Shown one piece after another: positions 9,829 to 20,189 of a stretch of DNA of 44,234 bases. Origin of the DNA: an uncultured Muribaculaceae bacterium (GTDB lineage Bacteria; Bacillota_I; Bacilli_A; RF39; UBA660); contig CAZKKR010000001.1 of assembly GCA_964553605.1 (NCBI GenBank), positions 14,956 to 59,189 on the forward strand. Reading direction: 5' to 3'. The translations under genes and the position numbers were made by a program. Position 1 is the stretch's first letter; the number at the start of each line of letters is the position of its first letter. Below the pieces are notes generated by a model. The model did no database searches, was not told the origin of the DNA, and saw only the letters and a program-made list of their open reading frames with translations.

Positions 9829-10530
9829 ATGAATAAGAAAAACCTGCGAATTATCAAAGGGGCATTAATACTAACCTTTATCGTAGGAATATTTAGTTCT
9901 AGTAGTCTAATTTCCGAAAAGAAAGTAGTAGTCAAAAACTTAAACAAAACAAAAAACAGCGTAGCGTTAACTAAAGTTATTGAATATGAAGAAATAAAAA
10001 CTGAAAATAAAAACCTAGAAGTAGGTAAAGTTATTACAAAAGAAGAGGGGCATAATGGACTTGCTTATGTCGATGAAAAAGGCAACATAATTGAAATAAT
10101 TGAAAGTCCAAAAAATGCAGAAATCGAAATTGGAACCGGAGAAAAAACTGAATATGTTGGCAAACTTACAGGATACGGTGCTGATTGCCGAGGATGTTCC
10201 GGATATGGAACTTTAGCATGTAAAACCAAAACTGGCCTATCTCATAGTCTTACTAAAGACGGGGAATATTATAACGATTCCGAATATGGAAAAGTTAGAA
10301 TAATTGCCGCTGCCTTAGAAAAATTTCCATGTGGAACCATAGTTAAAGTTCAAAGTACTAATCTAGGAACATTTAACGCTATAGTATTAGATACAGGTGG
10401 CGATATGCGAAAAGCTTGGCAAAGAGGCTCTGTTCATATGGATTTAGCTTTCAAAACTGAAAACGATCCAGCTATTAACCTAGCCACAGGCACTAATATT
10501 AAATTTAGTGTACAAAGATGGGGACATTAA
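9829..10530 (+). CDS. membrane-anchored G5 + 3D domain cell-wall enzyme (YabE/Sps-like)
   Basis: N-terminal TM, G5-like segment (EEGHNG..EIEIGT), 3D motifs LTGY, IIAA, VLDTGG and MDL; yabE position between tatD and ksgA. Confidence 0.85.
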   Translation: MNKKNLRIIKGALILTFIVGIFSSSSLISEKKVVVKNLNKTKNSVALTKVIEYEEIKTENKNLEVGKVITKEEGHNGLAYVDEKGNIIEIIESPKNAEIEIGTGEKTEYVGKLTGYGADCRGCSGYGTLACKTKTGLSHSLTKDGEYYNDSEYGKVRIIAAALEKFPCGTIVKVQSTNLGTFNAIVLDTGGDMRKAWQRGSVHMDLAFKTENDPAINLATGTNIKFSVQRWGH

Positions 10531-10585
10531 TCCTCATTTTTTTTAATAGAAAAATATGATAAAATATAAAAAAAGGAGAAAAAAT

Positions 10586-10807
10586 ATGGATGAATATACA
10601 AATTTTTTATACATAGCACTAATGGATGCTAACGAAGAAATAGCGATGTTAAAAGAGATAATCGACAAAATAAACGAAACAGACTTATATACTATGACAA
10701 CAGAATATGATTATGAAGAAAGCGCTTATGAAGTTTATGAACCATTTAACGTTGAAGAGATTATTGAAGAAACTCTTTCAAATCATGGAAAAGTATTAAG
10801 GAGATAA
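10586..10807 (+). CDS. acidic 73-aa hypothetical protein
   Basis: ATG 10586 with AGGAG RBS and own TGATAAAAT promoter; ends SNHGKVLRR. Confidence 0.75.
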   Translation: MDEYTNFLYIALMDANEEIAMLKEIIDKINETDLYTMTTEYDYEESAYEVYEPFNVEEIIEETLSNHGKVLRR

Positions 10808-10808
10808 T

Positions 10809-11627
10809 ATGGAATACTCACCAAATAAAATAAAAGAAATATTAAAAGAAAACGACTTTAATTTTAAAAAAAAATATGGGCAAAATTTTATTATAGATAA
10901 AAATATAATTGAAAACATTGTTAAAAAATCAGAAATAGATAAAGAAACTCTAGTAATAGAAATAGGTCCAGGAGCAGGAGCCCTAACTACCAAATTAGGA
11001 GAAGAAGCCAAAAATGTTCTAGCCTATGAGATAGATGAAAGTGTAAAACCAATACTAGAAAAAAATATCCACAGTAATACCAAAATAATATACAAAGATT
11101 TTTTAAAACAAAATATTAAAGAGGACATAAAGAAATACACATATAAAAAGCTATATGTAGTTGCGAATCTCCCATATTATATTACTACCCCCATAATAAT
11201 TAAAATTATAGAAGAAAAAATAGATGTAGATAAAATGGTTGTCATGGTTCAAAAAGAAGTTGGGGAAAGATTCAAAGCTAAACCAAATACTAAGGAATAT
11301 AATTCATTATCAATTTTTTTGAATTACTATTTTAATGTGGAAAAAATATTAGATGTTAGTAAAAACGTTTTTATTCCAAAACCTAATGTCGATAGTATAG
11401 TAGTCGAATTCACCAAAAAAGAAAAAATAAAATTAAAAAATGAGGACCTTTTCTTCAAATTAGTAAGAGATTCATTTAAACAAAAAAGAAAGACAATAAA
11501 AAACAATCTAAAAAATTACAACTTAGAAAAAATAGAAGAAGTTTTACAAAAACACAATTTAGACTTAACTGTTAGAGCTGAATCTCTACCTATAGAAATT
11601 TTCATTGAAATAGCTAATAATTTATAA
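10809..11627 (+). CDS. rsmA: 16S rRNA m6(2)A dimethyltransferase
   Basis: KKYGQNF, IEIGPGAG, VANLPYYITTP, MVQKEV and FKQKRKT motifs. Confidence 0.98.
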   Translation: MEYSPNKIKEILKENDFNFKKKYGQNFIIDKNIIENIVKKSEIDKETLVIEIGPGAGALTTKLGEEAKNVLAYEIDESVKPILEKNIHSNTKIIYKDFLKQNIKEDIKKYTYKKLYVVANLPYYITTPIIIKIIEEKIDVDKMVVMVQKEVGERFKAKPNTKEYNSLSIFLNYYFNVEKILDVSKNVFIPKPNVDSIVVEFTKKEKIKLKNEDLFFKLVRDSFKQKRKTIKNNLKNYNLEKIEEVLQKHNLDLTVRAESLPIEIFIEIANNL

Positions 11628-11710
11628 AATACTATCAAAAAATGTAAAGAAAATAAAAAAGCACTTTATATAAAAAAATAAATAATATATAATGAAAATA
11701 GGAGGATAGT

Positions 11711-12769
11711 ATGAGCGAAATAGAATATTTTACTAAAAAACTCTTCGAAATATATAGGCTAATAGAAAGTGAACTAGATGAAATATTACCTGATACATAT
11801 AATTATATTCAAAGAGTATCCGAAAGTTATATATATGAAGAAAATTTACCATTTGATTCATACGACATAAGACATATAGCCAACAGATCATTTTCAAATG
11901 TAAGTAAAGAAGTAATGCAAAAAGTAGATGAAACCATTATCATGTATATCAGTCAAATCAGAAGATTACTAGAGGACAAAGAAGATTTAACCATTACTTT
12001 AAGTGATTTCAATAATGAAATAGTTTTACAAGTTAGAAATGGAATAAATCTAGCAACCTCCAAAGCCATGGACATTTTTGAAGATGAATTGGTTTATGAA
12101 TATTCAAGAATGATAGATAGATATGAAATAAATAACTTTTCACGAAGACTAAAAAGTAGAATGGAAAACATCTTTGAAGAAAATAGTAGTTACATTACAA
12201 GAATTGCCCAGAAAAAAAGTCAAGAGATGAATGATGAATATTATATTATGCAGAGAAATAGTAAAATAGAAAATGAAGAAAAGAAAAAAGCCCAACAAGA
12301 TGTATTAAAACAAATAAATGAGATAAAAGTAAAATGCAATAGTATGATGCAAGAAAGCCCAGAAGTTAAAGAAAAATTTTCGGCGCTAGAAAATTATATA
12401 CATTATTTAGTAAATAATGACGTCGACGTTAGAAATTTAGATCTAACAAGAAAAAGAGAGTTTGATGAAATAATTTGTGAATTTGATCTAGCCATTAAAG
12501 CTGAAAAACAAAGAAAAGAAAAACTAGAAGAAACTAAAGAAGAAAGCCCAAAAATGGAGGATGTTGAATCAACTTTAGAACCGCCTGTTCAAGAGGCAGA
12601 AACAAATACCGATCTTGAAGAAGTAAGACAGCAAATAGATTTTATTAATAGTATGCAAACTGTAAGTGATGAGCACAAAAACTTAATAATTCAAACAATA
12701 TTAAGAAATAATAATCTGAGTCCAGAAGATTTAGAAACACCAATAGAAAACAAAGGAAAATCAAAATAG
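11711..12769 (+). CDS. acidic helical hypothetical protein
   Basis: Long ORF, GGAGG RBS, TATAAT upstream; no recognisable family; ends ENKGKSK. Confidence 0.85.
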   Translation: MSEIEYFTKKLFEIYRLIESELDEILPDTYNYIQRVSESYIYEENLPFDSYDIRHIANRSFSNVSKEVMQKVDETIIMYISQIRRLLEDKEDLTITLSDFNNEIVLQVRNGINLATSKAMDIFEDELVYEYSRMIDRYEINNFSRRLKSRMENIFEENSSYITRIAQKKSQEMNDEYYIMQRNSKIENEEKKKAQQDVLKQINEIKVKCNSMMQESPEVKEKFSALENYIHYLVNNDVDVRNLDLTRKREFDEIICEFDLAIKAEKQRKEKLEETKEESPKMEDVESTLEPPVQEAETNTDLEEVRQQIDFINSMQTVSDEHKNLIIQTILRNNNLSPEDLETPIENKGKSK

Positions 12770-12782
12770 AAAGGGGAGTAAA

Positions 12783-13463
12783 ATGGAAGAAGAATTAGAA
12801 AAAAGAATAATTGATTTGTGCTATAAAGTACTAGAAATTTACCAAAAACCTTTAATGAACATTGTCATAGAATATGATAAGAGAGAAGCTATAAATAGAA
12901 TATTTTTTGGTAGAGAAACAGGGGTAATTAAACATGTTTCAGACTTTCTAATAGAAAAGCCAGAAGCAAGTGAAGAAGAAATTGCCAAATTCGTAGAAAA
13001 GGAAGTAAATAAGGCAAAAGATAAAACCCTAGCCCTAATTCCAAGAAAAACCTACGAAGGAAAGTCAGTAGAATCTATCGTAAGTGATACCTATGATGAA
13101 ATTATCGAATGCATAGTTAAAGAAAAAAATACTTTAATACTTGATAATAATGAAGAAGTAGAAAATGAACTTCCAAAACAAGACATAAAAGAAGATTATG
13201 AAGATTCAAATGCTGACGATCTAGAATTTGATGAAGAGGTAGAACCTGAATACGAAGATGTGATAGAAGAAACACCTCAAGAAGAAAATATAAAAGATAT
13301 AGAGCTAGATGAAGATGAAATTGAAATCTTAGAAGAAGCTTTAGAAAAGCCAGTAGAAAAAGATGATGGATTTGATCCGGATTCTGAAATAGTGTTTGAT
13401 GAAAAAAGAAAAGAGATAGAAGACCTCTTTGAAAAAATAGACGCTATTAGTAAGAGCAGATAA
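12783..13463 (+). CDS. highly acidic hypothetical protein
   Basis: GGGGAG RBS, D/E-rich low-complexity C-half; ends DAISKSR. Confidence 0.85.
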   Translation: MEEELEKRIIDLCYKVLEIYQKPLMNIVIEYDKREAINRIFFGRETGVIKHVSDFLIEKPEASEEEIAKFVEKEVNKAKDKTLALIPRKTYEGKSVESIVSDTYDEIIECIVKEKNTLILDNNEEVENELPKQDIKEDYEDSNADDLEFDEEVEPEYEDVIEETPQEENIKDIELDEDEIEILEEALEKPVEKDDGFDPDSEIVFDEKRKEIEDLFEKIDAISKSR

Positions 13464-13469
13464 CAAAGC

Positions 13470-13495
13470 AAACTGTTAATTATTAACAGTTTTTT
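13470..13495 (+). terminator. intrinsic terminator
   Basis: AAACTGTTAAT-T-ATTAACAGTTT-TTTT. Confidence 0.8.
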
Positions 13496-13560
13496 GATAT
13501 AAAAAAACAGTAGATATTTTTAATATAAAATGTTAAAATATAAGGCAAAGAGGTGTAACC

Positions 13561-14226
13561 ATGATCAATAAAAAGTGGGATATTATTTTAAAAGAAGAAA
13601 TGAGCAAACCATACTTTAAAAAACTAGGCATTTTTGTAAAAAATGAGTATGGTAAAAAAACCGTATATCCAGAGTATAAAAATATTTTTAATGCTCTAAG
13701 ATATACCGACTATGATGAAGTAAAAGTTGTTATTTTAGGGCAAGATCCTTATCATGGGCCTAAAGAAGCTCATGGTTTGTCGTTTTCGGTTGAAGCTGGA
13801 GTTAAAAGACCTCCATCATTAGATAATATATTTAAAGAATTAGATAATGACTTAGGTATTAAAAGAACAAATAATAATTTAACTGATTGGGCCAAACAAG
13901 GGGTATTTTTATTAAATTCAATAATGACCGTTATTAAAGATTCACCCCTTTCCCATAAAGATAAAGGATGGGAAACATTTACCGACAATTTAATCAAACT
14001 ATTAAATGAAAGAGAAAAGCCTATTGTCTTTATTTTATGGGGAAGCTACGCTAGAAGTAAAAAAGCACTTATAACGAATAAAAACCACTATATAATAGAG
14101 GCACCACACCCATCACCACTTTCAGCCTATAGAGGTTTCTTTGGAAGCAAACCCTTTTCCAAAACAAATAACTTCTTAGTAACTCATGGTATTACACCTA
14201 TTAAATGGGGTGACCAAAATGAATGA
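13561..14226 (+). CDS. ung: uracil-DNA glycosylase
   Basis: ILGQDPYH, AHGLSFSV, PPSL and HPSPLSA motifs. Confidence 0.98.
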   Translation: MINKKWDIILKEEMSKPYFKKLGIFVKNEYGKKTVYPEYKNIFNALRYTDYDEVKVVILGQDPYHGPKEAHGLSFSVEAGVKRPPSLDNIFKELDNDLGIKRTNNNLTDWAKQGVFLLNSIMTVIKDSPLSHKDKGWETFTDNLIKLLNEREKPIVFILWGSYARSKKALITNKNHYIIEAPHPSPLSAYRGFFGSKPFSKTNNFLVTHGITPIKWGDQNE

Positions 14227-15532
14227 AGTAATTCATGATATTAAAAATGAAATTGCAAATAATGAAACATTAGTAGTAGCAACATCCGGAGGACCAGATT
14301 CAATGTGCCTCCTAAGTCTTTTACTAAAGCAAAAAAACAATAAAAATTTAAACTTAATATGTGCTCATGTTAATCACAATCTAAGAGAAGAAAGCAAAGC
14401 TGAAGCAGAAATGGTAAAAAACTTCTGCACAGGTAATAATATTACTTATGAATACTATGAAATAAAAGAATATAATGGTAACACAGAAGACTACGCACGA
14501 AAACAAAGATACAAATTTTTTGAAAAATTAATAAAAAAATATAAAGCAAATTATCTATTAACCGCCCATCATGGAGACGATTTGATGGAAACCATTTTAA
14601 TGCGCATAGCTCGTGGAAGCAACTTAGATGGGTTTAAAGGATTCAACAAAGTAGATGAAAGAAAAAACTATAAATTATATAGACCACTTATATATGTAAC
14701 TAAAGAAGAGATATTAAATTATGTAAATAAACATAACATACCATATGTGATAGATAGAACAAATAGTGAAGATACATATACTAGAAATCGCTTTAGGAAA
14801 TATGTTTTGCCACCATTAAAAAAAGAAAACAAAGAAATTCATAAAAATTTTATAAAACTAAGTAATACCCTAGAAGCATATGATAATTATGTCAGTGAAG
14901 AAGCTCAAAAAAGAATAAAGAAAATATACATAAAGGGTAAACTGAACACTGAAAAGTTTAATAAAAACAAGAATATTATCAAGCAAAAAATAATATATAA
15001 TATTCTAGAAAAAGAATATAAAGAAAATATTAGTTTAATCAAAGAAAACCACGTAAATGCTATCATAGAGCTTCTTGAAAACAAAAAACCCAATTTAAAA
15101 CTAGATTTGCCACAAGATAAAGTTTTTCACAAATCTTATAATGAAGCCTATATAAGTAAAGATGAGAAAACAGAAAATTATAATTTTATCTTAGAAAACG
15201 AATTAAAACTACCAAATAATCACACAATAAAAAAGATAGAAAAAACAGAAGAAAAATCAAACAACGTAATAAAATTAAATTCCCAAGATATAAAATTACC
15301 ACTACATATAAGAAACAGAAAAAATGGCGACAAAATAAATCTTAAAGGAATAAATGGTAGTAAAAAAATAAAAGACATCTTCATAGATGCTAAAATACCA
15401 AATAAAGAAAGAAGATTATATCCTATACTAACGGATGACAATGATATTATACTTTGGATTCCAGGAATAAAAAAAAGCAATTTAGATAATGCAAACACCA
15501 AAAACTATGATATAATAGTTAAGTATTTTTAG
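14219..15532 (+). CDS. tilS: tRNA(Ile)-lysidine synthetase
   Basis: [24 protein letters not shown] and RNRFR motifs. Start moved to ATG 14219 (GGGGTGA RBS). Confidence 0.97.
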   Translation: MNEVIHDIKNEIANNETLVVATSGGPDSMCLLSLLLKQKNNKNLNLICAHVNHNLREESKAEAEMVKNFCTGNNITYEYYEIKEYNGNTEDYARKQRYKFFEKLIKKYKANYLLTAHHGDDLMETILMRIARGSNLDGFKGFNKVDERKNYKLYRPLIYVTKEEILNYVNKHNIPYVIDRTNSEDTYTRNRFRKYVLPPLKKENKEIHKNFIKLSNTLEAYDNYVSEEAQKRIKKIYIKGKLNTEKFNKNKNIIKQKIIYNILEKEYKENISLIKENHVNAIIELLENKKPNLKLDLPQDKVFHKSYNEAYISKDEKTENYNFILENELKLPNNHTIKKIEKTEEKSNNVIKLNSQDIKLPLHIRNRKNGDKINLKGINGSKKIKDIFIDAKIPNKERRLYPILTDDNDIILWIPGIKKSNLDNANTKNYDIIVKYF

Positions 15533-15546
15533 AAAGGAAGTTTTTA

Positions 15547-17559
15547 ATGAACAAAAAAGTTGTTAAAAGAGGATTACTACCTTATGCCTTTTTACTAGTG
15601 TTTTTCTTAATTATAATGACCCTAGTAAATACGATGAATACAGAAATTCATGAAATAAACTATAGTAAATTTATGAAAGAGGTAGCTGCAAAAGACGTAA
15701 AAGAAATAACGGTAATGCCGCATACCAATGCTAGTATATACACAATAACAGGAAAATTAAAAGATTATAAAAGCAATGAAATGTTTACCTTTGATATGCC
15801 TTTAACCGATGAGACAATGGTAAAACTATTAGAGGCAGAAAAAGAAGCAAATTTCACAATAAAAGCTGAAGCTGATGCTAGTTCTAGTCCAATTGTAGTA
15901 TTTATTTTAAATTTCCTACCAACTATTTTACTAATTGGAATAACACTATATGCAATTAATAGAGTGTTTGGAAAACAAATGGATGGCAATAGATCAATGG
16001 ACTTTGGTAGATCAAAAGCTAAACTTTCAAACGGTGAAAACAAAGTAACATTCAAAGATGTAGCTGGTCTAGATGAAGAAAAAGAAGAATTAGAAGAATT
16101 AATAGACTTCTTAAAAGCTCCTAAAAAATTCCAAAAAATGGGAGCTAGAATTCCAAAGGGAGTTTTATTAGTAGGCCCTCCAGGAACCGGTAAAACATTA
16201 CTCGCTAGAGCTGTTGCCGGAGAAGCCAATGTTCCATTTTACTTTATAAGCGGATCTGACTTTGTTGAATTATTTGTCGGTGTTGGTGCTTCAAGAGTTA
16301 GAGACATGTTCAAACAAGCTAAACAAAGTGCGCCATGTTTAATATTCATTGATGAAATCGACGCTGTTGGAAGACAAAGAGGAACTGGTTTAGGCGGAGG
16401 ACACGACGAAAGAGAACAAACATTAAATCAATTATTAACAGAAATGGATGGTTTTGGAGCTAATGAAGGAATAATAATTATTGCTGCTACCAATAGACCA
16501 GACGTATTAGACCCAGCCTTACTTAGACCAGGAAGATTCGATAGACAAGTAACAGTTAATCTTCCAGACGCTAAAGGAAGAGAAGAAATATTAGGAGTTC
16601 ATGCTAAAGGAAAAGTTTTCGCACCAAATATAACATTATCCAATTTAGCCAAAAGAACTGTAGGATTTAGTGGAGCCGATTTAGAAAACTTACTTAATGA
16701 AGCAGCCCTACTTACTGTAAGAAGAAATAAAAAAGCAATCACAATGGCTGAAATAGATGAGGCTCACGATAGAGTATTAATGGGACCTGCAAAAAAATCT
16801 CATAAATATACGGAAAAAGAGAAGAAAACAGTTGCTTACCATGAAGCTGGTCATGCCGTTGTCGGTATAAAATTAGAAGGAGCTAACGACGTTCAAAAAA
16901 TAACGATTATTCCAAGAGGGCAAGCTGGAGGATATAACTTAATGCTTCCAAAAGAAGAGACATATCTTTCAACTAAAAATGACCTTCTTCAAACAATAAG
17001 TGGACTTTTAGCCGGAAGGGTAGCTGAAGAAATAATGTTTAATGAAGTGACAACAGGAGCTTCAAACGACTTTGAAAAAGCCACTAAAATAGCCAGAGCC
17101 ATGGTTACCGAATATGGAATGAGTGACTTAGGACCAATCCAATTTGAAGAAAGACAATCAAACGTCTTCTTAGGAAGAGATTATAATAAAGCTCAAAACT
17201 TCTCACACGAAGTAGCCAAACAAATTGATGAAGAAGTAAGCAAAATAATCAATAAACAGTATAAAGTGACCGAAAAAATAATTAAAGAAAATCTTGATTT
17301 ATTAAATCTCATTGCTGAAACTTTACTAGAATATGAAACAATTACTAAAGAACAAATTGATTATCTAGTTGAGCACGGAGTAATGCCTGAAGATGATGCT
17401 GAAGAAGATATCGATGCTCCAAAAATAAAAGAGGCAAAATTAGAAGATCTAACCCTAGAAGACTTGCAACAAATTGCTAAAGATGCTCATATTAAAAATG
17501 CTGAAAAACTAGATAAAAAAGAACTTATTAAAAAACTAAAAGAAAAAGACAAAGAATAA
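15547..17559 (+). CDS. ftsH: ATP-dependent Zn metalloprotease FtsH with Rho-N-like C-terminal extension
   Basis: Two TMs, [31 protein letters not shown]; extra C-terminal helical motif. Confidence 0.98.
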   Translation: MNKKVVKRGLLPYAFLLVFFLIIMTLVNTMNTEIHEINYSKFMKEVAAKDVKEITVMPHTNASIYTITGKLKDYKSNEMFTFDMPLTDETMVKLLEAEKEANFTIKAEADASSSPIVVFILNFLPTILLIGITLYAINRVFGKQMDGNRSMDFGRSKAKLSNGENKVTFKDVAGLDEEKEELEELIDFLKAPKKFQKMGARIPKGVLLVGPPGTGKTLLARAVAGEANVPFYFISGSDFVELFVGVGASRVRDMFKQAKQSAPCLIFIDEIDAVGRQRGTGLGGGHDEREQTLNQLLTEMDGFGANEGIIIIAATNRPDVLDPALLRPGRFDRQVTVNLPDAKGREEILGVHAKGKVFAPNITLSNLAKRTVGFSGADLENLLNEAALLTVRRNKKAITMAEIDEAHDRVLMGPAKKSHKYTEKEKKTVAYHEAGHAVVGIKLEGANDVQKITIIPRGQAGGYNLMLPKEETYLSTKNDLLQTISGLLAGRVAEEIMFNEVTTGASNDFEKATKIARAMVTEYGMSDLGPIQFEERQSNVFLGRDYNKAQNFSHEVAKQIDEEVSKIINKQYKVTEKIIKENLDLLNLIAETLLEYETITKEQIDYLVEHGVMPEDDAEEDIDAPKIKEAKLEDLTLEDLQQIAKDAHIKNAEKLDKKELIKKLKEKDKE

Positions 17560-17578
17560 AATTTCTTTGTTTTTTTTT
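17549..17578 (+). terminator. terminator of ftsH overlapping the next promoter
   Basis: ACAAAGAA-TAAAAT-TTCTTTGT plus long T-run; TGTTATAAT at 17586-17594. Confidence 0.75.
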
Positions 17579-17618
17579 AAACAAATGTTATAATAAGCTG
17601 CAAAAAAGAGGTGATATT

Positions 17619-19322
17619 ATGGATTTTTGGGAAAAAATGTATGAACTTGCCAAAGAATACTACAGTGTAAACAAAGATTTAAATATACCTACAAGGTATG
17701 TAACCAAAGACGGTGAAAGACTAGGTGCATGGATCAGCAATCAGCGAAGAAGATATAAAGAAAACAAATTATCGCAAACCCAAATAAACCTCTTAAATGA
17801 AATAGAGATGATATGGGAAAAAGAAAATCACCCTTGGAACGAAATGTACTGGCTAGCCAAAAATTATTATAGACATCACCAAACCTTAAAAATAAAAAGA
17901 ACCTTTAAAACAAAAAACGGCTATGAATATGATGAAAATGGAATAAACTTAGGGCTTTGGATCAGTAATCAAAGAAATGAAAATAGGAAAAACAAATTAT
18001 CAAAAGAAAGAAAAGAAAAACTTGAAAAAATCGGCATGATGTGGAATGCTCAACAAGATAACTGGTATAAAATGTATGACCTTGCAAAAAACTACTATAA
18101 TTACTATAAAAATTTAAGAATAAATTCGTTTTTCAAAACGAAAGATGGAATTAACTATGATGAAAAAGGAGAGAGCCTAGGGAACTGGATACGCTACCAA
18201 AGACAGTTATATAATAGTGCCAAAATTGAGGAACTAACACCATATAAAATAAAACTTTTAAATGAAATAGAAATGATATGGAGCATTCCTAAAAAAAAGG
18301 AAGAAGATTGGGAAGAAATGTATGACCTCGCTCAAAAGTATTATAAATTTCACCAAAAATTAAATATTCCAATTAATTTTAAAACAATAAATGGTTATGA
18401 ATATGACAAAAAAGGGAAAGAGTTAGGATTATGGTTAAAAATTCAAAGAAGACATTATAATGCCAAAGATCCTAATAATTATTATGCTAATTACTATAAT
18501 CCACTAACAAAAGAAAAAGAAGAAAGATTAAATCAAATAGCCATGATATGGAATATTCATGATTACAAATGGTATAACAATTACGAACTTGCTAGAAACT
18601 ATTATTTAAAAAACAATAATCTTAACATACCGACAAACTTTAAAACTAAAGATGGAATCAATTATGACAAAAATGGTATAAATTTATACAGCTGGATAAA
18701 TAGACAAAAAACAGTATATAAAAATAAAAATCAAAAAGATATTAGAGAATTAACACAAAATCAAATAGACCTATTAAACGAATTAAATATAAGATGGGAA
18801 AATACTCCTGAAAAGAAATGGGAAGAAATGTATGAACTAGCTAAAGTATATTATACTTATCATAAAAATCTAGATATAATAATAACATTCAAAACAATAA
18901 ACGGCTTTGAATATGATGAAAAAGGTAAGCACTTAGGAACATGGATCAAAAACCAAAGAAGTAATTACAAACAAAAAAAGCTATCCCAAGACCGCATTAA
19001 TTTACTAGAAAGTATTGGCATGATATGGAATAAAACAAAAAGAAAAAACAAATACAAAAAAATAAACATAAATAAAAATATAGAAAGTGATTTAGCCTAT
19101 CAAGAGCTTGTTGCTAAAATCAATCTTTTAAAAATCCTTAATGCTCCATTATTAATAGATGGGAAGCCCCATCCATTAATATATATGACTGACAGGGAAT
19201 TAAGAAAAAATTATAATATTAGTTTAGAAGATTTAATATATAATTTTTATGATAATGAAATAAGTGAAGGCATAAAAACAAATTTAAGTAGAGGCAAAGT
19301 ATTAACAAAAAGGTTTAAATAA
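17619..19322 (+). CDS. stand-alone protein with six tandem helicase-associated (HA) domains
   Basis: Six copies of W..MY.LA..YY....L.I...(F/Y).T..G...LG.WI..QR......L....LL..I.M.W; no helicase motifs; unique C-terminal domain. Confidence 0.88.
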   Translation: MDFWEKMYELAKEYYSVNKDLNIPTRYVTKDGERLGAWISNQRRRYKENKLSQTQINLLNEIEMIWEKENHPWNEMYWLAKNYYRHHQTLKIKRTFKTKNGYEYDENGINLGLWISNQRNENRKNKLSKERKEKLEKIGMMWNAQQDNWYKMYDLAKNYYNYYKNLRINSFFKTKDGINYDEKGESLGNWIRYQRQLYNSAKIEELTPYKIKLLNEIEMIWSIPKKKEEDWEEMYDLAQKYYKFHQKLNIPINFKTINGYEYDKKGKELGLWLKIQRRHYNAKDPNNYYANYYNPLTKEKEERLNQIAMIWNIHDYKWYNNYELARNYYLKNNNLNIPTNFKTKDGINYDKNGINLYSWINRQKTVYKNKNQKDIRELTQNQIDLLNELNIRWENTPEKKWEEMYELAKVYYTYHKNLDIIITFKTINGFEYDEKGKHLGTWIKNQRSNYKQKKLSQDRINLLESIGMIWNKTKRKNKYKKININKNIESDLAYQELVAKINLLKILNAPLLIDGKPHPLIYMTDRELRKNYNISLEDLIYNFYDNEISEGIKTNLSRGKVLTKRFK

Positions 19323-19333
19323 ACCTTTTTTTT
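19308..19333 (+). terminator. intrinsic terminator
   Basis: AAAAGGTTTA-AA-TAAACCTTTT plus T-run. Confidence 0.75.
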
Positions 19334-19403
19334 GAAAGTGATAGATTTATATTTGTTAATGTGATAAAATATATATAACTAGAAAAATGAAAATGGTGGT
19401 AAA

Positions 19404-20189
19404 ATGGGAAAGATAATCGCACTAGTTAATCAAAAAGGTGGAGTTGGTAAAACAACTTCAAGCATCAATTTAGCAGCCTCTTTAGGCTACCTTGGAAAAA
19501 GAGTAATGTTAATAGACCTAGACCCACAAGGAAATAGTACAACAGGTCTTGGAATAGATAAAGGTGATATTAAAAAAAGTATTTATGACTTATTAATAGG
19601 GAATGCTGAATTAAAAGAGGTAATTCAAAAAACAAAATTTAAAAATTTATATCTCATACCAGCAACAATTTCTCTAGCTGGAGCAGACATTGAATTAATG
19701 GAACAAAGCAGATTAGATCCAGAATTTTCTAAAAGTAAACAATTAAAAAACAAATTAGAATTAGCCATAGATATGTTTGATTACATCATTATTGACTGTC
19801 CGCCATCACTTGGACTTCTTACAACAAACGCTTTATGTGCAGCTAATTCTGTAATAATACCAGTTCAATGTGAATTCTTCGCACTAGAAGGAATTATGCA
19901 ACTTTTAAACTCAATCATGCTTGCCCAAAAAACCCTAAATCCAGCTTTAGACATTGAAGGAGTATTACTTACAATGTTAGACAATAGAACAAATCTAGGA
20001 TTAGAGGTTGTTCAAGACATTAAAAGTTACTTTAAAGAAAGGGTATACGATACTATAATACCAAGACTTGTAAGACTATCAGAAGCGCCAAGCCATGGTA
20101 AACCGATCATTGCCTATGATCCCAAAAGTAGAGGTGCCCTTGCTTATATAAATTTAGCGAAAGAGGTGATTAGTAGAAATGGAAAATAG
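19404..20189 (+). CDS. parA: ParA/Soj ATPase
   Basis: NQKGGVGKTT, DLDPQGN, IDCPPSLG, PVQCEFFALEG and LSEAPSHG motifs. Confidence 0.97.
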   Translation: MGKIIALVNQKGGVGKTTSSINLAASLGYLGKRVMLIDLDPQGNSTTGLGIDKGDIKKSIYDLLIGNAELKEVIQKTKFKNLYLIPATISLAGADIELMEQSRLDPEFSKSKQLKNKLELAIDMFDYIIIDCPPSLGLLTTNALCAANSVIIPVQCEFFALEGIMQLLNSIMLAQKTLNPALDIEGVLLTMLDNRTNLGLEVVQDIKSYFKERVYDTIIPRLVRLSEAPSHGKPIIAYDPKSRGALAYINLAKEVISRNGK

